Part shown: positions 46,402-54,948 of the stretch, in pieces
Layout: each line of letters opens with the position of its first letter
Position numbering within the stretch: the stretch's first letter is position 1
Virus record (IMG/VR): IMGVR_UViG_3300037116_000081
Location: 1 to 64,000 of that record
Strand: one strand, 5' to 3'
DNA: 64,000 nucleotides
Source: a virus
Made by a program: the position numbers and the translations under genes
The notes under the pieces: model-generated
Told to the model about the DNA's origin: nothing
Seen by the model: only the letters and a program-made list of their open reading frames with translations
Databases searched by the model: none

Positions 46402-46596
46402 TTAAGGGGCCAGCATTTTCGCGAACCGAGCCTTGGCCTCGATAAGCCGACGTTCTACTTCTTTGAGTTCGCTCCGCTTCTGGTACGCTTGCCGTTCCAA
46501 GTCCTGGATGTAGTTGAACTGCTCATGTTCGTCCGCATCGGATACCTTGGCTGGCTTGTCAGTATGTTTCGTGTGGCTCATGTTTTTCCCTTTCAT
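46402..46596 (-). CDS. Small coiled-coil protein
   Basis: Coupled to the upstream gene. Confidence 0.5.
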   Translation of the reverse strand: MKGKNMSHTKHTDKPAKVSDADEHEQFNYIQDLERQAYQKRSELKEVERRLIEAKARFAKMLAP

Positions 46597-46847
46597 GTCT
46601 TCGGCGCCCCGGTCAGAAATCGTCTCGCCAGCTCCGCGCCGGCGTTCACCACGATCAAAACTTCCGCGGTGTAATCATGGCCGTTCCAAACGTACGAGAG
46701 TTTCAGCAGCCATGGAACCCCGAGCGTCACGAAAAGTCCGATGATCTGCACCAGGACCATACGCCCGGCCTTCTGGAGATCGAGGCTATTGAGATGGAAC
46801 TGCCGACTCGAAGTACCTTGGAGTGCGCCTAGCGGGTTTTCGTTCAC
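46593..46847 (-). CDS. Holin-like 2-TM protein
   Basis: Paralogue of 26266..26520. Confidence 0.55.
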   Translation of the reverse strand: MNENPLGALQGTSSRQFHLNSLDLQKAGRMVLVQIIGLFVTLGVPWLLKLSYVWNGHDYTAEVLIVVNAGAELARRFLTGAPKT

Positions 46848-47044
46848 TTAACCGCGCTCCCAAAAACAGCGAAGCCCAGGATGCCGATCAGGATGAAAAT
46901 CAGAAGGCCGCCACCGCCCCAGCGAAACCACGGCTTTGAAGCATCGTAGCTGATCCAGTTGTAAAACAGGATCGCAATCACAAAGAAAACCCAGAACCAA
47001 ATCGCCAGCGGCATGTTAAGCCTCCTTGCGGAGAATGGTATCAC
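46844..47044 (-). CDS. Small 2-TM protein
   Basis: Hydrophobic; ILG..VFG end. Confidence 0.65.
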   Translation of the reverse strand: MIPFSARRLNMPLAIWFWVFFVIAILFYNWISYDASKPWFRWGGGGLLIFILIGILGFAVFGSAVK

Positions 47045-47205
47045 TTTTCTCGGCTAGGTATTCCGCCCGCCGTTCCTGCCAGGGTGTCGCATGGTTCTTC
47101 GCCGGCCCGCGGCGCTTGATCTCCCGCGGGGTCACGGGCGGCCCTAGCCACCATCGGAACTTGCTCTTTGGTCCCGGTCTGACGCTGTACTTTGTGCGCA
47201 TCTCG

Positions 47206-47703
47206 TCAGCGTGCGCTTTTTGCCGATCGGTCATAGCCGGTCTCCTTTGCTGGTGGCTTCCTGAGCTTGTAGGCTCGCTCAGCAGCTTCGAGCTCCGCTC
47301 CGTTGCCGGTAGGGTACCCCTCAGCGTCTGCCCACGCAAAGAGCTCCAGAACCTCGGGGCTTGGGGTTTCGGTTTCCATGGGACGCTTGCGCCATATCTC
47401 TTCAGCAGTTCCTGCAACTCTATAAGGATAGCGGCCGGAAGCTTTGCCATAGCTTTGCCGTTGCTTCGCCGTAGCTTTGCCATTTTGGTCTGGAACTACT
47501 TGATAACTGGCAGGTTGCGGACCACCCTGAGAAACAGCGACCAAACCGGCTTTTTTTAGTTCAGCAGTGTATCGATCAAGCTGCCTAAGACTGCAATTCA
47601 GGTGTTTGGCGATTGTCGATCGGTAGGGGTAGACTTCCTGAAAGTGTGCGGCGTACCACCTGAGAAGCTTCAGGTATCGCTGGGCACCACGCGAAAGAGT
47701 CAC
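47206..47703 (-). CDS. wHTH replication-initiator-like protein
   Basis: VYP...TIA..L.CS.R....Y..EL...GL pattern; GTG overlaps the upstream stop. Confidence 0.7.
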   Translation of the reverse strand: MTLSRGAQRYLKLLRWYAAHFQEVYPYRSTIAKHLNCSLRQLDRYTAELKKAGLVAVSQGGPQPASYQVVPDQNGKATAKQRQSYGKASGRYPYRVAGTAEEIWRKRPMETETPSPEVLELFAWADAEGYPTGNGAELEAAERAYKLRKPPAKETGYDRSAKSAR

Positions 47704-47927
47704 AGAAGTTTGTACCCCATGACAGCGGCGACCTTCCATCCTAGGTCGGCAATCTTTTCGATGTCTGGGTTTGGTGTGACACCCCGAGACTCCAGAGTCA
47801 CCAGTTTCGAATGACAAAGAGCCGAGTCAATCTCTCCATTCAACTCGATCAACTTAGCATCGATTAACTCTTGGATTAGCAGCAGAGCTGCTGTAGCGTC
47901 GGCCTGCTCTTGCAGGGACATTGACAT
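47700..47927 (-). CDS. Hypothetical protein
   Basis: GAGGAGG RBS. Confidence 0.65.
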   Translation of the reverse strand: MSMSLQEQADATAALLLIQELIDAKLIELNGEIDSALCHSKLVTLESRGVTPNPDIEKIADLGWKVAAVMGYKLL

Positions 47928-48019
47928 AGAGCCTCCTCGAAAGGCAGTGCAGCGTGGGCTGGAAGTTCGAGGCGACCAGCTCAGCGCTGCACGGGACTCT
48001 TACATCCGCGCCCCTTATT

Positions 48020-48418
48020 CTAACTCAGAATCTGGTGGCGCATCAACCCGGACTTCTTGTAATATTCTCGAAATCCGTCGACGTCGTCCACCTTCAGCAC
48101 CAGAGCTCCGCGATTGGTCTCGGTCACAGCCCAGAGCACCTGGTGTGGCAATGGCCCCTTTCCTGGTGCCTTGAACTCGATCCAGAGCACCTGGGCCGTG
48201 CAGGACGAAGGGGCAACTGAGCCATACCGGATGAACAGGTAATCCGGCATTCCCACTTCCCCGAAGCCTTTACCCCGTGATCGATCGCTTACCGGGTCCG
48301 TTCGTATCGCTCGCCAGCCATCGATCTCCAGCATCAGCACTACCGCTTGCTGAACGTCTGCCTCGCTTATTTTGAGTTTTGCAGTTTTGTGTACGCTTCG
48401 AGCCGGCATGTTATGCAA
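48020..48418 (-). CDS. VRR-NUC/PD-(D/E)xK nuclease (resolvase-like)
   Basis: SE..VQ...G.PD...WIEFK.PG......Q motifs. Confidence 0.85.
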   Translation of the reverse strand: MHNMPARSVHKTAKLKISEADVQQAVVLMLEIDGWRAIRTDPVSDRSRGKGFGEVGMPDYLFIRYGSVAPSSCTAQVLWIEFKAPGKGPLPHQVLWAVTETNRGALVLKVDDVDGFREYYKKSGLMRHQILS

Positions 48419-48582
48419 TACCTCTTTCTGAAGTCACAGAGCCACGCTGGAGATTTGTTGGGGCATGGGCTCCATCCAAGCAACCAGAACAGTAGCGCAC
48501 GCATCATCGCGCCGCCAATGCCGCTGCGAAGCCCAGTATCACAGCAGCCACATAGCCCAGAAAGATTCCCCACTTCTGACGA

Positions 48583-49092
48583 CTAGTCATCGCCCTCAGT
48601 GTCCTTTGCTTGGCCTTCCGAAATCAGCTTGTCCTGCTTGCCGTCGCCTTCCACTACTAGGTCGAGCATGGTCTGTTTGACGTAGCTCACGTTGAGCACA
48701 CCCTTTCCTTCACCCACCGTGGTAATGTACTCTTCGAGAAATTTGCAGGCCGTGGTGTCTGCGAACTCCACCTTGAAATGCAACTCCAGCCGGTGGCCTT
48801 TGTTCTTCTTGCCTTCGACTTCGTACCGGACGCCCTCGAAGCCAGTAACCGCCGTGGCGTCGAATTCGATCTGGTACTTGGCGAGTGGCCCCTCTTTCGG
48901 CTGGAGACTCGCGTGAGTAGCTGAGAGCCGGCCTTCGAGCTTCGCCGAGGTAACACCGTTCTCGAGTGGCCCCCAGCCCATTGCATCGGCAACGGCCTTT
49001 GAGTAGTTGGCTGAGAAGCTGGAAACGCCGCCCTTGGAAGAACGGCTGAAAGATTTCAGAACAACACCAGTGAATTGAATTGAGGTTGACAT
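48583..49092 (-). CDS. Hypothetical protein
   Basis: Leaderless TTGCGC-17-TATTCT promoter. Confidence 0.75.
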   Translation of the reverse strand: MSTSIQFTGVVLKSFSRSSKGGVSSFSANYSKAVADAMGWGPLENGVTSAKLEGRLSATHASLQPKEGPLAKYQIEFDATAVTGFEGVRYEVEGKKNKGHRLELHFKVEFADTTACKFLEEYITTVGEGKGVLNVSYVKQTMLDLVVEGDGKQDKLISEGQAKDTEGDD

Positions 49093-49138
49093 GGGTTACA
49101 GAATACTTCTTTCAGCGCAGTTGCGCAAGTACCAAACT

Positions 49139-49276
49139 ACCGCTTCCAGTGAATCACTTGGCCATGCCACGGCTTCGAGTCCCGACCGCTTCCAGTGAAT
49201 CACTTGGCCATGCCACGGCTTCGAGTCCCGACCGCTTCCAGTGAATCACTTGGCCATGCCACGGCTTCGAGTCCCG
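49139..49276. repeat. Perfect 46-bp tandem repeat, three copies
   Basis: ACCGCTTCCAGTGAATCACTTGGCCATGCCACGGCTTCGAGTCCCG three times. Confidence 0.95.
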
Positions 49277-49672
49277 CGCATCCGTCAGCCGCTTGCTCGC
49301 GATCCAGAACCGCGCCATGTCATCAAGTGACGCACGAAACACATCACCAGTGGGCATCCCGCCGATTGTCTTACCGTTCCTGAATCCGTCGCGCCAAGCG
49401 AACTGGCACGCTTCATCAAGGCTCAACGTCTGATCCGCTATCGTGACTCTCAGCGTGTACGAAATACCTATGCTGGTCAGGTCCAGCGTGATCGGTTCCA
49501 CCTTAACGCAAGGCCAGCGCCCGAGCAGCCGCATGGTCTTCTGACGCGGATCAACGTAGCAGTGGCACATCTCGCCAACCTTCGGAGGATTCTTGCGAAA
49601 GCCCCTGACCGTGTGCGTCTTCGAGCCTTCCTCAACGAACTGCGCAAACTGACGCTGGAAACCTAGCAGCAT
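49154..49672 (-). CDS. ASCH/PUA-like protein; C-terminus altered by the tandem repeat
   Basis: F...F...V..G.KTHT.R ... A.RDGF pattern. Confidence 0.7.
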   Translation of the reverse strand: MLLGFQRQFAQFVEEGSKTHTVRGFRKNPPKVGEMCHCYVDPRQKTMRLLGRWPCVKVEPITLDLTSIGISYTLRVTIADQTLSLDEACQFAWRDGFRNGKTIGGMPTGDVFRASLDDMARFWIASKRLTDARDSKPWHGQVIHWKRSGLEAVAWPSDSLEAVGTRSRGMAK

Positions 49673-50383
49673 CTATTCAACCCTCAGGCTCATCTTATCG
49701 GTCACAAGGCTGCAACCTGGTACGCCTTGGTTTACTTTGCCGGTCGCGTTGCATTTAGGGCAGCCAGGCGCATCGGAGAATGGTGTCGTGCGGCCGATTC
49801 CGTGACACGCTGCGCACGCTATCTGCTGCTTCAACGCTTCGGCTATCCGGATTTTCATGGGCTCACGCTTCGGGTTCGAGAACGGTAGCGATTCTCCCAG
49901 GCGTTGGGCTTCAGGATCTTTAGATTCGCGACATGCAGCTTTCAGCGTGATGACATCGGCCACGGTGAGCTTTAGCTCTGATGCGCAATACTCTGCGGGA
50001 ACCAATTCCGGCTGGGCTATCTCTACGCTTGCCGGACACTTCACCAGCCTCAGCGTATTCGAGTCTCCGTCCAACCGTGCTTTGCCGCTCATCAGCATGA
50101 CCGACTTCACCAGCGTCTTTAATCGTTCGTGCCGAGCTTCCCACGCATCCGCCCTAGCCTTCAGCCGTTTCGCTTCTTCCTTTGCCGCGGCCGCGCGCGC
50201 TTCGAACTCTTTCAGGTAATACGCCACGCCGTCTACTTTCTTGATTTCTCGCCCGACGTATTCGCGAATCTCGATGTCCTTCTCAATAATCGAAAGACCT
50301 TCGGCCGCCAGTTCCTCACGTTCGAACATCAGCCGCATGAGCGTGGCTTCCAGGTTATACAGTGTTAGGTTTGCTGTGCTCAT
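49673..50383 (-). CDS. Siphovirus Gp157/Gam-like protein with inserted CxxCxGxG Zn finger
   Basis: K.D......A..AK.E..RL...L+..+...VPG...L.V pattern. Confidence 0.8.
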   Translation of the reverse strand: MSTANLTLYNLEATLMRLMFEREELAAEGLSIIEKDIEIREYVGREIKKVDGVAYYLKEFEARAAAAKEEAKRLKARADAWEARHERLKTLVKSVMLMSGKARLDGDSNTLRLVKCPASVEIAQPELVPAEYCASELKLTVADVITLKAACRESKDPEAQRLGESLPFSNPKREPMKIRIAEALKQQIACAACHGIGRTTPFSDAPGCPKCNATGKVNQGVPGCSLVTDKMSLRVE

Positions 50384-50577
50384 TTCTTTGGCTCCTGTAG
50401 GTCCAGCGTTCTCGATTGGCCGGCGTCACTGCGCTTCTTGCGCTTTGGCTGCGCTTCCATTAATTCACGTACGTCGATCACGCCTTGCGCCCACCACACG
50501 AATTCCATTACCTCTTTGAGTGGAGCTGTCCGGACAAACTCTTGACAGTCCCAGATTTCAACCTTCTTGTCAGGCAT
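50380..50577 (-). CDS. Small hypothetical protein
   Basis: RKKRSDAG motif. Confidence 0.55.
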   Translation of the reverse strand: MPDKKVEIWDCQEFVRTAPLKEVMEFVWWAQGVIDVRELMEAQPKRKKRSDAGQSRTLDLQEPKK

Positions 50578-50579
50578 GT

Positions 50580-50780
50580 TTATTTCGACAGTTCCTCTCT
50601 ACGCAGTTGCTTGTCTTCGTACTCAATCGTTGCATCGTCGAGCGTTTGTTGGGTGGTCTCTCGATACCGAGCGTGAGCGATCGCGCACTCTGGTAGCCCG
50701 CAATGCTCGCTCCCAACAATCCGCTTGCAACGTCCCTTCCTGTTCGGAATAAATTCGTGCATGTGTCGCGGGTCAGCCAT
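50580..50780 (-). CDS. Small Cys/His protein
   Basis: GAGGA RBS. Confidence 0.5.
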   Translation of the reverse strand: MADPRHMHEFIPNRKGRCKRIVGSEHCGLPECAIAHARYRETTQQTLDDATIEYEDKQLRREELSK

Positions 50781-50789
50781 TCGTTCCTC

Positions 50790-51326
50790 CTAGAAAGGTA
50801 CCCAGTCGTCGCTCGGTATGTCTCCGTCCGGTTCTTGCCCTTGCGTCTGTTGTTCGGCGTCTTCCGGCTTGCGATCCTTCACACGGATGTAATCCCGAAC
50901 CTTCGGCGCTTCCATCGCTTTGGGTAGTCGCATGATCGTAGTGACGTTTGCGTACGTGTCACCTTCCTTGGTGACCTGCATCACGTTCAGCAAAGCTGGA
51001 GCACTCAGTAGCGTTTCGAGATCGAAGCCCTGAAGTTGTTCGTCGCTGAACGGTATACCACGCCACGATTCCAGATCCTTCAGCAGCGCTGCCTTCTTGT
51101 GCAGGCTTAACGTGTAGCGCTTTTGGACGATGTAAGGTTTGTTGTCCGCCATCACTTCCGCAATCTGCCAAACGATTCGAACCTTGTGCTGGCTTTTCTT
51201 TTTCCCGCCGTAGGAGACTTCAAGTACACCCATGTCCACAACGTCACAGCAAACCGCCGCATGGGCGCCGGCTGGCGCCGGGATGAAGTCTCGCCCGCCT
51301 CCAGTTGCTTTCGCCACGATAGCCAT
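50790..51326 (-). CDS. Putative phage ssDNA-binding/recombination protein
   Basis: F.P.PAG...A.C..VVD.G; acidic DDWVPF tail. Confidence 0.75.
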   Translation of the reverse strand: MAIVAKATGGGRDFIPAPAGAHAAVCCDVVDMGVLEVSYGGKKKSQHKVRIVWQIAEVMADNKPYIVQKRYTLSLHKKAALLKDLESWRGIPFSDEQLQGFDLETLLSAPALLNVMQVTKEGDTYANVTTIMRLPKAMEAPKVRDYIRVKDRKPEDAEQQTQGQEPDGDIPSDDWVPF

Positions 51327-51521
51327 TACGCACTCTCCTTTTCTTCGATCTCCGGATAGTCTTGATCGCGCTCCGCATTCGCCCAGGCTTTCGCGACTCG
51401 CTTCCGCATCGCTTGGGTAATTGCCGGCTGCGATTCTCGAAAGTCTAGATCCAGCTTTTCATCAGGTTCCATGCTTTCGATTCTGAACTGAGAACGTGTT
51501 TACAGCAATGGAACTGAGGTA

Positions 51522-51881
51522 CTAGCGCCGCTTTCGGTTACGTTTCAGCGCCATCCCGATAATCATCAAAGCTATCCCGAGTGTGAACATAAACATGGTC
51601 GGCTCCGGAGTGGTGGCAACGATCGGTGGTAGCGGTGGAGGTACGATCGTATGCCCCGGCGGAATGATCACCGCCTTGTACGCCAGCGGCACCCATGTCT
51701 CGGCCTTTGGAGCACACCACTGGATCGCTGGATTCAGCACGGAATCCGCACAGATAATCTTATTCGACCCATTGGCGAAGTACACCGTCGCGGTCCACGC
51801 ATCCTGCTGCATGGTGAGAAGAAGATCCTGGTAGGCGAACGCCCCATCGCCGTTCCCGGTAGGCTGTTGATTGATAATCAT
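51522..51881 (-). CDS. PEP-CTERM-like protein
   Basis: TPEPT-TM-KRNRKRR. Confidence 0.75.
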   Translation of the reverse strand: MIINQQPTGNGDGAFAYQDLLLTMQQDAWTATVYFANGSNKIICADSVLNPAIQWCAPKAETWVPLAYKAVIIPPGHTIVPPPLPPIVATTPEPTMFMFTLGIALMIIGMALKRNRKRR

Positions 51882-51970
51882 GCGTCAGTTGAGCCCTCGC
51901 GAATGCGCCGTGCACGTTGCCCGCGAAGTTCTCACCGGGGCAACAAGAGACTTGGCGCATTCGTCAAAGC

Positions 51971-52126
51971 TCAGCAGTCGCCGAAATTAACAGTCCAGAG
52001 CGCGACGATCTTCTGCCACAACGATCCATGGCCGGTCATCTGTATTTCACAGGTCCCGTACTTGTAAGTCGTCGCCAACAGTGGCAGACCGCAGATCAGC
52101 ACACCACATGCGAGAATGCGTTTCAT
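51971..52126 (-). CDS. 51-aa secreted peptide, copy of 39061..39216
   Basis: Differences are mostly synonymous. Confidence 0.7.
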   Translation of the reverse strand: MKRILACGVLICGLPLLATTYKYGTCEIQMTGHGSLWQKIVALWTVNFGDC

Positions 52127-52167
52127 TTTGTCTCCTTTCTCCCCATTTCTTTCGTCTTGCGCTGCTA

Positions 52168-52368
52168 CTACTCCTCATGAGAATAGCTCCCACATATCGG
52201 ACAACGGCCCTGCCTTCCGGGTGCAGCGCAACCCCAGCATTGAAGTAGCTCATTCTTTGGCCATTTCGCACGGTCAGTCTTTGGGTACTTTGTCATTGAC
52301 GTGAGCACTTCGTACGCAGCCATCCCGAACAGGCATACGATGAGGAGAAAGCAGCCAAGCGCGATCAT
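52168..52368 (-). CDS. TM plus Zn-ribbon small protein
   Basis: 5' part duplicated at ~40500-40621. Confidence 0.55.
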   Translation of the reverse strand: MIALGCFLLIVCLFGMAAYEVLTSMTKYPKTDRAKWPKNELLQCWGCAAPGRQGRCPICGSYSHEE

Positions 52369-52550
52369 CGCTTAATCCACTTCCACAGGCGTATCCACCA
52401 AGGAGCAGGTTGCGAATAAAAGACACAATTCAGGTAGATCGCCCGCGGCTCATCCAAAGACTGAACCGGAGGAAATTGAAACGCATCCCGGCCATTGCCG
52501 TAAAAGACGCAGCTAGTGAAAGCGGGGGTCTGCTGTTTTTCTGGTTCCAT
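52365..52550 (-). CDS. Small hypothetical protein
   Basis: Coupled. Confidence 0.5.
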   Translation of the reverse strand: MEPEKQQTPAFTSCVFYGNGRDAFQFPPVQSLDEPRAIYLNCVFYSQPAPWWIRLWKWIKR

Positions 52551-52885
52551 CAGTACTCGATTTCCTGATTGCTCTTGCAGCCCACTTTATGGCACGATGC
52601 TTGCCCGTTGATGATTGGCTCCGCGCATTCAGGACAGAACTCCGTCCGTGGTTTCGGCGCGGCCTCGAACGCCACGCGCGCTTCGCGTTCCTGGTCTTCG
52701 GTCTGCTCTTCGTAGCCGGAATCCGTCAACTGCTCGCGAAGATTTGCAATTGCCGCGCTCTCCGTCGCGCCTCGGCCTACATGCCATTCTTCGCGCCCGT
52801 CGAGCCACGCGGACCAATCCATGGAACGAATAGGAATCGGTGGATAGTCGAAGTTGGTTTTTACTGTGGCGTTTCCGATTCTCAT
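52550..52885 (-). CDS. Hypothetical phage protein with C-terminal Zn finger
   Basis: YPPIP.R..DW.A...GRGATE..AI pattern; CPEC. Confidence 0.7.
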   Translation of the reverse strand: MRIGNATVKTNFDYPPIPIRSMDWSAWLDGREEWHVGRGATESAAIANLREQLTDSGYEEQTEDQEREARVAFEAAPKPRTEFCPECAEPIINGQASCHKVGCKSNQEIEY

Positions 52886-53070
52886 GCAACCTCCTCAAGA
52901 TCCGGCTCGGCGTATTCCGCTTTCCAGTTCGCCTCTGCGATTTCAGAGAGGCGGTTTTGAAGTTGCTTGGCGTCTTCTGCCAAGCCGGTTTCGCGTAGCA
53001 CGACAAGCTGCTTAATTAGCGTGTCCAACGTGTCGCCCGCGTCCTGCAAGAGCTGGTAGCGCGTCTTCAT
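52882..53070 (-). CDS. Small helical protein
   Basis: Leaderless TTGCGC-17-CATAAT-6-ATG. Confidence 0.7.
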   Translation of the reverse strand: MKTRYQLLQDAGDTLDTLIKQLVVLRETGLAEDAKQLQNRLSEIAEANWKAEYAEPDLEEVA

Positions 53071-53235
53071 GAACTGATTATGCTTGAGAAACGGTAGTTG
53101 CGCAAGTAGGCAGAAAGTACCGATTGTGACTTAGTACCGAGGTTCTAAGGGCTGGCTGCCTTATTTCCAGCCCCACTGCATTTGGCGCGCCCTCCGTGAC
53201 CGAGACCGGGGTGGAAGCCCGAGCGCCAAAAAACT

Positions 53236-53412
53236 TTAAGCCCGGCGTCCGTCCATCGGCAATCCCCGCAGATGCCGTGTTGGGCTCTTTAACAGCAGCC
53301 GCACGCCCGTGGCTACCAGGACGCCGATGGTCGTTTTCTTGTCTTCTGCGAGCTTCGTAAGCTGCTGGTGATGCTCTGGAGTCACGAAGCCGGATACCTT
53401 GACGGGTTTCAC
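53236..53412 (-). CDS. Ribbon-helix-helix-like regulator
   Basis: Leaderless TTGCGC-17-TACAAT-7-GTG; beta strand (VKVSGFV) then two helices. Confidence 0.65.
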   Translation of the reverse strand: MKPVKVSGFVTPEHHQQLTKLAEDKKTTIGVLVATGVRLLLKSPTRHLRGLPMDGRRA

Positions 53413-53452
53413 AGACTTGATTGTATGGCAGGATGCAGAGTTGCGCAAGTTT

Positions 53453-53495
53453 CAAAAAGACCGGAGCGCCAGACATTCGCGAGAGCGCCCCGGTT
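53453..53495 (-). terminator. Rho-independent terminator
   Basis: ACCGGGGCGC...GCGCTCCGGT followed by CTTTTTG on the minus strand. Confidence 0.75.
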
Positions 53496-53565
53496 GGCAT
53501 GACAGTCCTCTAACGTCCTAACGCTGGAATGCTATCACAGACTCAGTACTTGCGCAAGTGCTAAC

Positions 53566-54765
53566 TTACCAGGCGTAGCTTCCGACTCCCCCGCATGTGT
53601 ACGGTTTGCTTGGATCAAGGCTCACCAGCTTCATCAGCGAAAACTGCGTACAATGGATTCCTGTCGATAACGCTTTAATCCCCCACTCCGCCGCCCCGAT
53701 GTCCCCATCATTCCACGCCTGATTGTTTGACGGGTTTTTCTCGCTCAAGAACTGGTACGCCAGATACCCGAACATTGGCGGATAACTCGGCTCAACCGTG
53801 CTTCCTGAATCGATTAGCGTGGCATTCGAGCCCATCTGAAACAACGTGACGGCCGGCCGCGTGTACCCGCCGATCTGCGCGCCACCGCCTGTTGGCCGGC
53901 AAACGAAGTTCAAGCCCAACCCGAGAATCAGCCCGTAGCAACGCGGCCGCGAAAAGCCAAACTGCTGCAAAGCTCCTACCGTATTGGGAACCATGTATGT
54001 CGTGTCACCGTCAGGGTAGTTGCCTGTCGGCCCATGCTCACTGACTGCCAGCACGTTCGTAGCGGCGCCGACAGGAGACCAGGGGTTTCCTCCGACACTC
54101 ACGTTTGGAACGAAGCTATCAATCCGTGTGGCGCCCAGGAACCCGGTGAGCCCAGGTTGGGAATCTAGGATATAGTGATTTTGGATTGCCCAATTCTGAT
54201 TCGGCGCGCGCCACACGAACGTGTCGATGAGCGTTAACGCTCCCGCACTGCCGTGCATGATCGGGTTACCCTCGTAGTGGACCAAAAAAGCTCCCGCGCC
54301 GATCTGCACTTCGAGCTTTCCCCAGATAGGCTGCTGACCAAGCGCGTAACTCGATACCGGGAACTGATTTGATGAGACGGCCAGGTCGATCGGTGCCGGC
54401 CCTCCGGTGTTCGTACCAAGTCTGAAATGCAGATAACCGCTGGTATCGATCAGCATTGAGCAGATGATTTGCCCCGTGTGTTGATTCGCCGCTTGCCAGA
54501 TTTCCGCATTGCCCTGAATGACGGTCTGGGTTCCGTCGTTAAAAAACGCGATATCCGCAGCCCAGTACCACGGCTCCTGGAGATCATTTAGAGTGATGAT
54601 GTGGTTCAGTGCGCCGAAAGAAGCGTTGAGCATCCAGTACGCGAAGCCTTGCCCGTCACGACCCACGATTGCCGTAGCCTGCGAAAACTCATTTACCTTG
54701 GTGTATTTGGTCCCTGTTCCGGGTGGATCGGTTACATTGCAGAGATCGTCAAGAAAGCGAAGCAT
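53566..54765 (-). CDS. Tail-associated beta-rich protein
   Basis: Last gene of the tail operon; lectin-like N-part, DGDTTY motif. Confidence 0.7.
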   Translation of the reverse strand: MLRFLDDLCNVTDPPGTGTKYTKVNEFSQATAIVGRDGQGFAYWMLNASFGALNHIITLNDLQEPWYWAADIAFFNDGTQTVIQGNAEIWQAANQHTGQIICSMLIDTSGYLHFRLGTNTGGPAPIDLAVSSNQFPVSSYALGQQPIWGKLEVQIGAGAFLVHYEGNPIMHGSAGALTLIDTFVWRAPNQNWAIQNHYILDSQPGLTGFLGATRIDSFVPNVSVGGNPWSPVGAATNVLAVSEHGPTGNYPDGDTTYMVPNTVGALQQFGFSRPRCYGLILGLGLNFVCRPTGGGAQIGGYTRPAVTLFQMGSNATLIDSGSTVEPSYPPMFGYLAYQFLSEKNPSNNQAWNDGDIGAAEWGIKALSTGIHCTQFSLMKLVSLDPSKPYTCGGVGSYAW

Positions 54766-54803
54766 GGAATAGAATGGCCCGGCTGTTACACCGGGCCTGT
54801 TTT

Positions 54804-54917
54804 TTACTGCGATGATTTCTTGCGAAGATCGGCCAGCTCTTTGTCTTCTGCTGGTGTCTTATTGGCTTTGTTGACAAGCTCGGTGACCCGAGCGCTTTCT
54901 TTCGCGTTGAGATTCAT
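54804..54917 (-). CDS. 37-aa peptide
   Basis: AAGGAG RBS. Confidence 0.5.
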   Translation of the reverse strand: MNLNAKESARVTELVNKANKTPAEDKELADLRKKSSQ

Positions 54918-54948
54918 GGCTGAATCTCCTTTCGACAACAAGTCTACA

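Noticed and set aside
54775-54806. GGCCCGG/CCGGGCC hairpin as tail-operon terminator
   Set aside because: The T-run is on the plus strand, opposite to the direction of the surrounding genes
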